Source: Octopus sinensis
Lineage: Eukaryota
Length of the DNA: 64,000 nucleotides
Assembly (NCBI RefSeq): GCF_006345805.1
Contig: NC_043001.1
Span: 744,001-808,000 of the forward strand
Reading direction: 5' to 3'
The notes beneath the pieces were generated by a model. That model saw only the letters and a list, made by a program, of their open reading frames with translations. It searched no databases and was not told the origin of the DNA. Shown piece after piece: positions 50,643 through 64,000 of this stretch (within the stretch, counting starts at the first letter, position 1; each line of letters opens with the position of its first letter). The translations under genes were made by a program, and so were the position numbers.

Positions 50643-51651
50643 ACAAAGTTATTTTATTCCATATGGGTAGAAATATTGGAAAAATACAAGGTGAAAATGC
50701 ACTGAGAATAGTAAAAATACTTTTATTAAAATATTCAAAGCTTTCACCGGTTTCACCGTTTCCACTGATTTTCAAAAAGTTCAAATAGAAAGACATGGGT
50801 TTATGTTGCAGCTGTTTTGCTTCTGACTAATGTTTCAAGCTTACCCTATTTTTATAGAGAGTTCATGGCTCAAATTAGTAAATGTCTTGAATAAGATTTA
50901 ATTAGTAAAGGATTGTCACATGACAGGTCTTAAAAATTTGAGTAGGTTCCCTGCTACGTCTGTGTGTTAGTATCAAGTAATGATATTTGGTGACACATGT
51001 TTGGCTGACACAGTTGACCGAACATGTCCAAACAGCCTTAACATACAATGCCAAACATCATCACTTGATACTAAGACATGGACATTGCAGGGAACCTACA
51101 AAAATTTCTAAGACCAGTCAAGACACACTGCTCATATTCTGATCATGTGATTTGTTCTCATTGCTAATTAATCAGGCTGCAGATATGAAGCCTTGTTGAA
51201 TGTCGTTGAAGTTTGCATGCTTTTCTCAGTATTAAAGCATTTCCACACACAGGATAATGCCAGAACCCTGAGAACCACTGAAGAGGACATACCTTACCTC
51301 TTGCCAAGCAACATTAAGCCTTCCCTATTTTCAGATTGATTTATCACAGAATATTGGAAATGAATGACACATCTTGTATGACAGTGGAGCTGTTACAACA
51401 ATTACTTGGTGTCAAGATAAGGAGACACAAACATACACGTGGATACACATATACACAATGGGATTCTTTCAGTTTCCACCAACCACATTCATTCACAAAG
51501 CTTTGGTACATCCTGGAGCAGAAGACACTTACCCTAGATGCCATACGATGGAACTGAACCCAAAACATGTGTCTTGGAAGCAAACTTCTTAACCACACAA
51601 CCACACCTGTGCAAGTAAGGCTATGGTACACACACACATATATATCACAAC

Positions 51652-51707
<56 letters not shown>

Positions 51708-52031
51708 ATATTTTCCCCACTCGTGCATATATACCTATATGTATATTCTCTCTCTTACACTTATGCCTCTACATACATTTACAAATGCAGGCAGGTACAC
51801 ACACACATACACGTGTAAAATCTCATATATTCACAGATATGTGTGTATATATGTATATAATTTGACACATACATGTACGCATTTATGTGTATGTACTCAA
51901 CTATGTTTATATCCAAGTTTAGTTAGACACACAGGCACGTTCTGATGATATCTTTCATGGGACATGTCAAGTCAAACTAAGCATTTTGATAAAATGATGA
52001 AACAACATGACATAAAACAATATTAATGCAG

Positions 52032-52074
<43 letters not shown>

Positions 52075-52442
52075 ATATATATATATATATATATATGCAC
52101 ACACATATATACATATATGTAAAGTGACTTTATCATGTAGACATTATGATTGCATTCTTTCATTTGTGATTAGTTTTTGTTTTAAAAACAGTGGGATGTA
52201 ATTGGATGGAGATTTGGCTTCTATTTTTAGCAGGTCAAATGGCCACATAGTAACTCCGAGAGTGGTTCGTGAAAATGAAACATTTCATTGTTGGCTGCGA
52301 GTTAGAAATGATTTGCCAGTTCAGAATCACTTTTGTATTATTATAAAGCAAAAATGATGCAAGTCAATTCTAGCAATATTTCTTGTGTTTTTTTGGCTCT
52401 TTTTGGGTGGTTGTGGTGATGGTGGAGGTGGTCTGTGTGGAT

Positions 52443-52471
52443 GGGGTGGGGTGCTTGGGGTTAATTGGGGG
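52443..52471 (+). other. G-quadruplex-forming motif
   Basis: GGGG-T-GGGG-TGCTT-GGGG-TTAATT-GGGGG. Confidence 0.6.
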
Positions 52472-52796
52472 TTTTTTTTCAAATTTATTTGGCAGAAACA
52501 AAAAGTAAGTCACCGTTATCTTCGTTTGAGGTTGAGAATTAGATTTGGCAGCACCGAATGCTGACTTGAGTTCAAGTTGTGTCTGCAGAACCTAAGGCTG
52601 CAACTTTACACTGTTAACAGCAATGAAGACATCGAAGATGGTGCCGTGGCAGCAGTTACAGCAGTGAAGGTTCTCCAGGCAGATATAGAATCCATTCCAC
52701 TCAATCAATATTTTACCTCTTTGGGGAAATATACGATGACTACCTTTACACAAGTCTCTTCACATTGAATCAGAAATAAAATAAGAACAACAATAA

Positions 52797-52804
52797 CAAT
52801 AACT

Positions 52805-52867
<63 letters not shown>

Positions 52868-52876
52868 GTAATAGTA

Positions 52877-52933
<57 letters not shown>

Positions 52934-52942
52934 GTAATAGTA

Positions 52943-53002
<60 letters not shown>

Positions 53003-53037
53003 GTAATAGTAGTAATAATAATAATAATAATAATGAT
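52797..53037 (+). repeat. (TAA)n microsatellite with periodic TAG interruptions
   Basis: TAGTAATAGTAG block at 52866, 52932 and 53001. Confidence 0.95.
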
Positions 53038-54064
53038 AAATTTTAAAATGTTCTATGTACATATTCAGAGTAAGATGAAAATATGTCTTAGAATACATTG
53101 GTGACCAGGAACAGTTAAATGATTTTGATTTTTGTATTTTTCCTCTCAGCCTTTGTATTCTATGGAATTGTAAACAATTCACAGTAATTGCCAGGAACAA
53201 ACTCTTCACTTGTTGCCATGGAGATGAAGAAAGCTTCACAAGAAATGTAAGATTTGTATCACTTTAGAAATGCTTCATTATCAAAGTTGTTTCATATTTC
53301 CCTGCTGCTGCTGCTGTCTTTTAGATTTTGTATATTTTTACACTTTGAGAAAATTTAGGATTTTAATCAGTTTAGAAATGAGTTGTTATGAATGGTGGTT
53401 TTTATGTTTCTTGTTTGTTTTATATTCATTCTTTGATAATTATTCAAGGTTTCTAAGTAAAATCTACAAAACAAACACCAATTGTGAGCAGTTCTCGTAT
53501 AAATTTGGTAAAAACACTGAAACATGTCTTTTGGTTGAGGAATGATGATACAGCTTAAGGATTTGGCAACATTAGAAAAACAAACAAAAAAAGAACTCAA
53601 ATAACACAACTAAGTAATTTTATTTGATTAATTAGCACAGATGATGTTGCTGATAGGCAAAATGTGTGTTTGTCATTTGAGCAGGTGTGATTAGGTTTGA
53701 AATAGTTTGACATGAAGGATTACATGACAAACCAGAAAGCTTTATTGTAACTGCATTTATTTGCTTTGTATTTCAATAGGTATTCTTTGCAATGATCATC
53801 AGGTGATGCCTGCATTACTGATGATGATGATGATGATGATCATGCCAATTTCTCTCAGGTCTTCTTGGATGTATAACTTTTATTATTGTTTTACTTGTTT
53901 CAGATATTAGAAGGTTTATAGTTGGTTGTATCAACTCCAGCACTTATTTCGATGTCTTCTACTTATCTTATCCATCTCTGTTGATTGAACTGCTAAGTAA
54001 AGATAGACATAAACAAACGCATGTGCACACATACACATGCATATGGAGGGAAATTTGACTCATA

Positions 54065-54305
54065 CTTGTAAGGTTGTAAGTTCAATTCCTGGTGACACAT
54101 TGTATCCTTGGGCAAGACACTTTATTTCAATTTATTGCTCCAGTTCCCTCTATTGGCAAACATGTGTTGTACCTGTCATTCAAAGGGGGCCAGCCTGTGT
54201 CTCATGGATCTCCAACAGAATTACAGTAAAGGTACACATGTCTGTGAAGTACTCAACCACTTACACATTAATTTCACAAGCAGACTGGTTCAACTGGAAC
54301 TCTTG
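54065..54305 (+). mobile_element. tRNA-derived SINE (same family as 15590-15885)
   Basis: agttcaattcctgg..ccttgggcaagacactttatttc..aaaggtacacatgtctgtg. Confidence 0.65.
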
Positions 54306-55064
54306 TCATCGTAACAAATGGAGCGCCATTTTTTTTTTTATCTGTGTGTACTGACACACACAAAATGGGTTTCAGCATAATTATTATCAATTGTCTTCAA
54401 TCATAAGGCATTAGTCAGCCAAAAGCTAAAACAGATGCCCAAGATAGCATAGGGCTAGACCAAACCTTTCATCCTGTGATTGTAAAGTAAACTTTCTAAG
54501 TCTGCACTCAAACAGGCAACTATGACTGAATACATCACTTGTTACAAGGTTAATGAGGTCAGACTAATTATTTCTTTGTAAGATGATGGTTTTATCTGAA
54601 ATAGCGATAGATTTGAATTCATTTTGTTGTAGCCTAACTAACTCATCAGAAGTTTCCTATAAACAGGTGAAAACGAAATAATTAGATGGCAATGAGCAGC
54701 ATCTGCTCAGGATCAATAGGTGTATATTCTGTGTGTGTGTATTTATATATGTACACTCATCATAATTTTACATTGATTTTTCTAATGCTGTCATGGGTCA
54801 GAGAGGTCATCACAGTCCAAGTCATTTCTTATCAAGAGGCACTGCATGCTGAGACTCACCAGAGGAACATATCTGACTTGTACATTCCATATTTAGCAGG
54901 TTTTCTAAGGACAAATGTCTTTCCTAGCACCAACAACTTCATAAATTGTAGTAGATGTATTTTTCCTGGTGCCAGAGTTAGAGATGTTGTTTTATCTGAT
55001 GTGTGTGTGTGTGTGTATGTGTGTGTGTGTCAGTGTGTGTGTGTGTATGTCAGTGTGTGCAAAG

Positions 55065-55250
55065 TGGTTGGCATTAGGAGGGCATCCTGCTGTTGAAACC
55101 AAACCAAAGTAGACTATTGAACCTGGTGTAGCCCCTGGCCTTACCAGTTCCTGTCAAGATATCCAGCCTATGCTAACATGGAAAACAAGTGTTAAATGAT
55201 GATGATGATGTCGATGATGATGATGATGATGACGATGATGCTGATAATGA
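55065..55250 (+). mobile_element. RTE-tail SINE with (GAT)n tail
   Basis: gtggttggcattaggagggcatcc..catggaaaacaagtgttaaatgatgatg. Confidence 0.7.
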
Positions 55251-56099
55251 TGTGTTAATCTTTAATCATATGGCCATGTGCTTGGCTCTGAATTGTCTCT
55301 GCCAAGCTGATGGTTTGCAAGTTCTAGAGCAACCTCCATAAATATCGTTACAGGAACGATTTTATGATTGTGACTGTGGAAAGACATTGTTTGTGCCCCC
55401 CCCCCTATGCCTCTCTAGTCCACTGGTGAGCTTATAAGCTTTGCTAAATACTTTATCAACAATACTACACAGAAGTGAAGGTATCTACAGATTGTTTGTA
55501 TGTGTGTGATTTCATAGGATTAACAGAGCCTACTTTCAAAGAACCACTGCCACTTCCAGCGCATCAGATTATCAAACAGCTTCAGAACGGAGTGTTCTTT
55601 CCTAAGACATTTTTAATCTGCCCTCCTCTCAAACACATAAGATCCTTTCTTCAAAGAATACCACTAACCATTCCAGTTTGCTGCCGGTTCTCTTCAATTA
55701 GTCATGTCTATCCCTTTTTTTTTTTGGTTTTCTTTTAACGTAGTCATTGAATCTTGTTTAGGTTTATGTTGTGTACACTTTCCAATTTTCAGTTCAATGT
55801 ACAAAAGATAACGCATCCATGTAATTAGTAAGTTCATTATCCATCTAATAGGAATTAAATATTACAAATTGAGTGCACAGCAATAGATTCTTGTAGACTC
55901 TTTAAAGGCAGCAAACTGGCAAAATCCTTAACATGCTGGGCGAAATGCTCTGTAAGAAACAGAGGTTCAGGTTCTTTTGGGTCGACAGCAGTGATGGAGT
56001 GAGTGATGTAGGCATACTTTTGGCAGAAAATGGGTAGATAAGGTAAATGAGGTTGTCCAGATTGTGTGATAGAATAATTAAACTGAGTCTAATCTTAGA

Positions 56100-57030
56100 T
56101 AAATCAAGTTGCAATTATCTCTGTCTATGCTCCACAGTCTTGGCTGGAAGATGATCAGAAGGACCAATTTTATGAGGTCCTTTCACAGTCTATCTCAAAA
56201 AAAAAAATGACAGAGACTTTGTTATTGTGACTTCGAAGGACATGTTGGGCAACACTGCCATGGATTTCTTAGTGTGCACTGAGGTTACAACTTTGGCTCT
56301 AGAAACGAGGAGGGAACAAGGCTACTGGAGTTCTGGGATGTAAATGACCTGAAAATCTGCAACACTGACCTCTAGAAACCAGCCAGCCAGTAGATCATGT
56401 ATCAATCTGGTGAACACACAAACCAGATTGACTACATCCTCACCTTACTATGAGACAGGCAGATGCTTGTAAATGCAAAGTCTTCCCCAGGTTAAGAATG
56501 TACAACTCGACATAGTGATTTCAGTATTAGTGAAACAAACCAATCTAGAAAAGGAGGTTATGGAAGCTCAAAGAACCAGAAAATTGGCAGAAATTTAGAA
56601 CCATCTCACAAGGTGGAGGAGTTGGTGATATATAACATAGAGGACAACCGGAAGTTCCTGCAGGACAACCTATTGAGGACTACAGACCAAACCTTCAGTT
56701 GAAGCAGGATGACATGATGTTGGAACGAGGAGGTGGAGATAAGTCAGTGCTACAAAAGTAAAGAGACAGGTTGGGAAAAAGTAGAAAAAAGCTTTTAGCA
56801 GAGAATTATATCAGGTAACCAAAAGGGAAGCCAGGTGAGAGGTTTACATTGTTAAGGAAGAAGTAGAAAGTAGATTTTCCAAAAATTAGGCAGCATGAGA
56901 ACCGAAAGTATGACATGTTCAGGATTACAAAGCAGAGTATCAGAGGGAATAGAGATACTGTGGGTGAGAAATGTGTTTGAATGGATAATGGTGTGTGCTC
57001 GCACTTAATGTTTCTGAGATGAAAGAGGCA
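56100..57030 (+). mobile_element. RTE-clade LINE fragment, APE endonuclease and linker
   Basis: CDFEGHVG (~56226), GSRNEEGTRLLEF and QIDYIL; heavily mutated. Confidence 0.8.
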
Positions 57031-59142
57031 TGGAATTCAGTCATTCTACAGACTGTGTCAGTACTGATTCTACCTAAAAATTATACGAAGAGTAAACATG
57101 TCTATGGAATACTCAGCCACTCACATGGTGAATCAATGAGTAGCTTTGACTAAATTTCTCAATATCATCCTTGAAACTGACATGTATAATGTGTGTGTGT
57201 GTGTGTGTGTGTATTACCATCATCATTATCGTCTTAGCATCCACTTTTCCATGCATGCATGGATCAAACGGAACTAGCTGAGACAGATTTTCTACAGCTG
57301 GATACCTTTCCTCCATCTGTTTCCAAGGGAGGCAATATTTTCTCTCATAGGCAGACACATTTGCACAAAATATTAGAAATAAAAGGCATAACTTGTATGA
57401 GGGTGACACTCATTCGCAACTATCCTGAAATTTCAAGAGAAGGAGACATAAACATACACACACACATATATACACATCAGATTTCTTTCAGCTTCTATTT
57501 ACCAAATTCACTCACAAGGCTTTGGTAGGCCTATTGCTATGATAGAAGACAGTTTCCCAAGGTGTCAAGCAGTGGGACTGAACCCTAAATGATGTGTTTG
57601 GGAAGCAAGCTTCTTAACCACAAAGACATCATACAAATTTCCATTTTTAGAAACCCCCCCACCCCACAAAGCTGACTGCAATGCAATTGAGGTTTATCTG
57701 CAAACTATAGATTTGTATAACAACCCCAGTTGAACTCAGTTTCAATCACCTGTCATATAATTTTATATAACTCCATTCTTGATATTAGTAAGCAAATATC
57801 CTAATTCTATTCTGATTAGATCACATTCATCAATGATTCACATTATTAGAAAACAGTCCTCTGAAATAGTGACTACTCAGATGAAATACAATAACTACCC
57901 GTATCAAATATCTCAATATATAAAAATAGACTACAAAATCTTGTGGTATAATCCAATATGTAGTTTGAATGTGATACAACAAACATAGCTAAAGTGTTCC
58001 TTAATTTAATTTCACTTCACATTTCAGCAAACCAGAAAATATTTAACCGAAATTTTATTAAGGTTAGCTTTGATTCCTGTAAAAACTTTTCAAGTTTCGT
58101 GAACAATTAGAATGCAATAAAATTCTCTGGAAGAACTAATTCACCTTCTTCATCTTTCTATAGCTGCATTGACTATAACAATTGACTACTTGATGATAAC
58201 TGTCAGGTGAAATAATTAGTATACTCGGCCAAAATACACCTAGACAATAATTGTAGGTGAAAGTCTTATATTAAATTAACTTCTTATATTGGATTAACAT
58301 AATTTTAAGGCTTGTCTTTACCAGCACAGACATTCTTTATTTGTTCAGACAGAAAATATATGACATCACTATTAAAGATACGCTATTCTTTACATGCATT
58401 CAGAATTATTTGGTTTCAACATGATTTCACACTTTCATACCAGCATGGAAACATTCATCTTATACTGCAATGCCAATTGTGATTCACAGAAAAATTGCTT
58501 ATTTATTTCTGAGTAAAATATTTTCTCATGGCCACTCATATTTTCCAGGTAGATTGGAAACGAAGGACACCTCTTATATGGTGGTGACACTTATTTACAA
58601 CCCTTACATGATGTCAAGACTTGGAGACACTAACATACACACATTCTGAGCTCAAAACAAAAGTAAAAACAAAAGCTACAAGGTCCATGACTATAGTAGA
58701 AAATACTTGCCCAAGGTGTGATACAACTGGACAGAACCCAAAACCATATCATTTGGAAGCAAACTTCATAGCCATGCCAGTGCCAATTTGTGCGTGTGTG
58801 TGATAGACTTTCCTGTTGAAGATGACTCATGAGCATTCAGCTTCTGCCAAACGACCCACACAAAAGATTTGTTTATAGTGGTCAAATGTATGAGCTGCAC
58901 ATTAGCTCACAGCTGATTGTCAAATCAACGTTGCCTCTACAGGGGCAGAAGGGGCAGGACACATGTCAGAATAATCATGGAGGAATGTGAAATGAAGTGT
59001 TTTGCTCAAGAACACAGTGCACTGCCTGGTCCAGGACCTGAATCCATAATTTGGCAATTATGTGCCTTCACACACATCTCTCTCTCTCTCTCTATCTATC
59101 TATCTGTCTATCTGTCTGTCTGTCTATCCATCTATCTATCTA

Positions 59143-60497
59143 TGGAGGTGGCGAACACGTACATCGCGTCCGTCATCTACTGCCGCCTGACCATCGTGCC
59201 TTGTCCCAACCCTACCATCACCAAACTAGAACGCATTCTCTTCCACTTCTTGTGGAAAGGATGCATTCTGATGGTCAGGTAATCCGTTTGCTGCCAACAC
59301 CCATTAAAAGGAGGGCTGGGCATGCTGAGGTTGATGATGTGCAAACATGCGCTGAGACTGCGACACCTCCAGCTCCACGTAGATGATGGTAAACAGGTGT
59401 GGTCACCGTTTTATAAGGCGCTCTTTCCTGCAGCTCGTCTCCATGATGGAACTGCAGTTGTGGATCAAAAAGAAGCGAATGGCACAGCAAATGTTGCATT
59501 GCTCTCGAGCAATTATGCCATCCTGGGCCAACCTTGAGTGACTTCAACACAACCAAAGCATTCTATAGGGGATTAGTGAAAGGGAGGTACAACAACAGGG
59601 GCAAACCTGGGTGTTGATGAGGAATATCTGACCTGCCTGTTCAAGATGACTTTCAGGCTGGGACCTACGGACAACTTCCAAAGGGCTCCCTGCCCTGGCA
59701 GTGCTAATGAGAAGTGTTACCTATTCGAGATAAGCTCTACAGACATGGCTTGGGAAACACGGGGCTGACCTGCCCAAGATACGGTCACAGTGATGAAACC
59801 ATTCTGCACACACTTGTACAGTGTCCAACCATTTCCGACCTGTGGGCCTATGTTGACAACTGCATATCGCGTGTGGGACGAGTCAGTTTATCAACTGAGT
59901 CTATCGTGAATATTGTCACATCTCCTTCCTTGAAATGGGAAGGAAGAGCCATTTTCATCGTACTTGTAGCTATGACAAAAGAATGTGTATGGTGGATGTG
60001 TCTGAAAGGTCTCGAGACAAACACTTTCCTCCCTGGTCAATCTCTCATCAACTTCTTCAAGCATCACTTGAAGAGGAAGGTGAGAGTAGAGAGGGAATGT
60101 TTTTCTAGTGAATGTTTCAAAAAAAGATGCGTGAATGTAGCAAGGATAGGATGTGTGAATGATGGATCCACCTTGTGCATAATCCTATGAACCCAAAAAA
60201 AGAAAGGAAAAAAGAGTCACTCACTGTAATGTGTTTTTTTTGGCATGACATTACTGCCCAAGCTTACCGTGGTCTTTTCCGTTGGCTTTTCTCTCCATGG
60301 ATAAACCTAATCTGTTTCCCCTTTTACACTATAAAATTTCTGTGATACACAACCCCTATTGATTGGCCTTTTTTTTACGATTTCCCTTTTGATCAAAATT
60401 CTACCCCAATTTTTTTTTCCTTCTCTTCCCAAAAAGTAAAGCTCTACTTTGTATTTTGTCCCCTCTGTGTTCAGTTCTGTGTGGCCAATAAAGAAAC
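59143..60497 (+). mobile_element. Tx1/L1-clade LINE 3' end (RT C-terminus, zf-RVT/CCHC, 3' UTR)
   Basis: VANTYIASVIYCRLTIVPCP..KLERILFHFLWKG; LPIRDKLYRHG..CPRY..ETILHTLVQCP..LW; AATAAA near 60487. Confidence 0.8.
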
Positions 60498-61644
60498 ATA
60501 TCCATCCATCCATTCATCCATCTACATGAGCTCATGGAGCAGAAGCTTGGTTCACCTAAGTAAGATATGTTTAACCTCTTGGAGTGTACAAATTACTCAA
60601 CAGTCAGTCGGTGCTATGGCTTTATGTCAATGAGAATTGAAGAAATGAACAAAATATGTGTGTGAGTGTGTGTGTCTGCATGTGTGTGTATGTGCTTTCT
60701 GTGTGTGTGTGTGCTTTCTGTGTGTGTGTGTGTAAATTAAATTTTGTGACTTGTGTTTGGAACAGCAAATTACTGTCACCGAATGTGATGAAGTCCAATA
60801 TTAGTAAAGCCATGAGATTGATGCAAAGGGCAGATCACTCTAATTGCCTCGGTCAACTCATACCACACCCAGTACCCAGTTGTCAGTTAGTTTACTGACA
60901 GGGTAAAATACAAGCAAATGTTATTAACAAACATATGACATATTTACAAATTTGCAAATATTTGGCATGTTTGCATATTTGCATAATATTTACATGTGAG
61001 TGTTAAGGTATTTTCATACACACACTTTTGATACACAACCACATATAGACTAATACATTTCTGGAGAGAAATATGTTTGGATATAAATGATACGGACAGG
61101 TTCCTATGTTTGTTTGAAAGAGTGAGTACACATTTGAGAGAACACGCATGCACGCACACACACACACATCAAAATGAAAAAATGAATGACACTAAATAAG
61201 CTTATGAAATAACAGCAACAATAAATGTATAAAACACAAACTCAATATAATAAAACAAATACAAGCAATTGGCAATTAAACCACAGTTTCCCCGGAAGAC
61301 ATATCTCAACAAATACACACTCTCTTTCACATACACACACACACAAACAGATTACTGCAGACCTGTCATCAAGGAAAGTGAGATGCTGAGACAAGATTGC
61401 TTCATATATGTACACGAATGCATATTTGTGCATGTATATATATATATATATATGTATACTAATATTCATATTTACTAAAGCATGGCTATATGGTAAGAAG
61501 CTTGCTTCCCAACCACATGGTTCTGGGTTCAGTCTCACTGCATGGTACCTTGGGGGAAATGTCTCATTCTATAGCCTCAGGCATACCAAAGCCTTGTGAG
61601 TGGATTTAGTAGACAGAAACTGAAAGAAATTCATTGTATAAATA

Positions 61645-63250
61645 TCATCATCATCATCGTTTAGTGTCTGCTTTCTGTGCTGGCATGGGTTGGACGGTTT
61701 GACTGGAGCTGACAAGCCAGAGAGTGGCACCAGCTTTCAGTCTGATTTGGCATATGCATTACATGACCATACTAGCGCAGTTGTTCTCTTGCTCACCAGA
61801 TCCGATACCTCTTACGCCCAACTTTTCTCTCAAGACATTTACACTGTCATACATACACACTGACATTGCACATCCAGCGGATCATACAAGCTTCATTTCC
61901 TTCAAGCCTACACATGTCCTCAGTGGTCACAGCCAATGTTTTACTGCCATGTAGTATCATAGTCTACTTTTTATTTTGAGGGAGAGGCCCTTTGTTACCA
62001 TCAGAGGTAGAAGCTCTCTGAATTTGGCCTCTTTTTACAGCTACATTCTTGGAGCATCCACCTCCACCACTAGCTTGGTTACCTAGATAACAGAAGCTAT
62101 TAACTACTTCTAGCTTACCCACCTGGCATTTGATGACGTTTATTTTCTGTATATTTGTAGTGTTTATTGTACCTCTGCTCCTTCTACAGACAAAAACTAG
62201 TTTCCCTGCTAACCTTCCTCTCATATTGCTGCACCTCTTATGTCTACTTAGCTTACACTGGGTAAATCTTATATGGAGTTTCTACCTATGCCTTTTCTAC
62301 AGATTAAGCAGGGCCACCTACTTGAGGGGATATGTGATTTGTCTGCTTTCCTATTAACTAAGACTTTGGTTTTTGCTAGATTAACTCTAAGGCCCTTTGA
62401 TTCTATACCTTACCTTCACACCTGAAATTTCTTCTCTTGTTCTGGAAGAGATTCAGCTATGAGAACAAGGTCATCAGCATCGAGGAGCTCCTAGGAACAG
62501 CCCATCTTAGATTCCTCTGTTATTGCCTGGAAGACGATGATGAATAGAAGGAGGATGAAGATCCTTGGTGAACCCCTACTTGTACCCTGAATTCATCACT
62601 ATACTTGTTGCCAAACCTCATCTTACTAACTGAATCCCTGTACAGCTCTCACCAACCACTCGTCTATCCCTAGTTTCTGCATTAACCACCAGATAAGGGG
62701 ACAGCGGACTCTGTCAAAGGCTTTGTCCATGTCACCAAAAGCCAAGTACAAAGGTTTACCTTTGGCTGTGTATTTCTCCTGCAGCTGCCTTACAAGAAAT
62801 ACAGCATCAATGGTGCTTCTCCCTAGCACAACACCAAACTGCATCTAGACTAACTCTCTTCCTAATCAGTTGGACTATGAACCTCTCCAGCATTAAATGA
62901 AGTTGTTGTGTCCCCTTCAAGAGAAATGAGCTGCCAACCACTCTCTGTTGTCTCTGTCCATTCAGGGTGGTTATGACCCATGGAGTGAATAGAAGAAAGG
63001 CTGATTGCACTGTAGGGTGGGAAGCAGAAAGAAAAACATAGGGGAAACCAAGTGGTTGTGGTGAAGAAGGAGGAGGGCAAGGAGGAGAAGTAGGAGAGAC
63101 AGTGTTAGGAATAATGGATAAGAAAGATAGTAAAGACAGGACAGAATAGAAGAAAGAGGCAGGAAAGGTGGGCTGTTCTTTTGTACTGGAATACCTGAGA
63201 TGGAAACAGGTGTACATTACTCTGGGATAAATTCTATGCACTGCAGTGAA
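61645..63250 (-). mobile_element. 5'-truncated, internally rearranged RTE LINE (RT domain to 3' tail)
   Basis: QFG..GRSTIDAVFLVRQLQEKY..LYLAFGDMDKAFDRV, GVHQGS, DADDLVLIAES, NSFCYLG and the (GAT)n tail at ~61645. Confidence 0.88.
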
Positions 63251-63655
63251 CATTTAACATGGAAAACTGCACACTCTAATGTAGGTTTTACTTCTAGTAT
63301 TTTATTTTGATATTTTAATATCTAAATTTCAAATCTGGTTTTAGTAGTCTTCTTGGCACCAAAGCCAGCCACCCTCTTATGCCATCTCACTCTTCCATTA
63401 TCAGTTAAAGACTTACTACTCTTCATTTCCTCCGTACTACAACTGCTAGCAGTAATTCCTCTCTATACACACAGTATATATATATTCATACATAAGTAAC
63501 ACAAATAAACTATATACATAAATATTAGACATATGCAATATAATAAATTGAAGATCTATTAACTAAGATTATCCATGCAATTAGCAAACAACAATCCCCC
63601 TAGGTGTGTTTCAAATCTAAATCTATTTAACTTTACTTACACATAAACTTACCTA

Positions 63656-63693
<38 letters not shown>

Positions 63694-63849
63694 CACACCA
63701 TAAATATAAACTACTTCAAGAAACAATATGCATGGAGGCTGTACATTTGCAACATACAATGAAAGTAATGTTTCAATATAAATGGATGTTGAGGAAATTT
63801 GAAAATTTAACAATAACACCCATAGTCAGAATGAGACACACACACACAC

Positions 63850-63892
<43 letters not shown>

Positions 63893-64000
63893 TTCTGTGT
63901 TTCTTTCTAGTTTTGTAAAGTAAAAAAAAAAGATTAATTAATGACATCAATAGCTGCAACAAACAGAACAACAACAATATACAGCATTCTCTTAATATCA

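Noticed and set aside
52577-52768. 63-aa plus-strand ORF as a coding exon
   Set aside because: No donor, no recognisable homology, and it ends at a (TAA)n tract.
52760-53239. Poly-Tyr, poly-Ile and HT/CV/YI-repeat ORFs here and throughout the ORF track
   Set aside because: They are translations of microsatellites.
54850-54960. piggyBac transposase relic (minus-strand KPAKYG, TIYE)
   Set aside because: Spacing between the motifs is ~17 nt too short and the downstream residues do not match; a chance match cannot be excluded.

Overview
AT-rich, microsatellite-dense animal genomic DNA. The SINE/LINE/MITE landscape looks like a coleoid cephalopod, probably Octopus; this is inference from repeat-family recognition, not a database result. 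No complete protein-coding gene, rRNA, bona fide tRNA or CRISPR array can be supported. The window is mostly intronic or intergenic and filled with decayed transposons: a nearly intact CR1-type LINE 3' end (1-1496), several RTE LINE pieces, a Tx1/L1-type 3' end, three R4/Dong-like 3' ends stacked in a (TAA)n tract, two Penelope GIY-YIG remnants, Kolobok-, Merlin- and piggyBac-type MITEs, a Helitron-like element and many tRNA- or RTE-tail SINEs. The most interesting unexplained signal is a recurring hammerhead-ribozyme (HHR) theme. Both Penelope remnants end in a type-I HHR, one with an intact catalytic core (34657-34743). Two MITE-looking foldbacks (1870-2428 and 12551-13088) carry minimal HHR cores in their arms, and the first also has head-to-head tRNA-like pol III heads. 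Two more foldbacks share the same palindrome-plus-one-sided-tail plan. Weak candidate exons exist on both strands, including a possible recursive-splice site at 23034 (minus) and a 9-nt microexon at 52496 (plus), but no host gene can be named. Boundaries of decayed elements are approximate.
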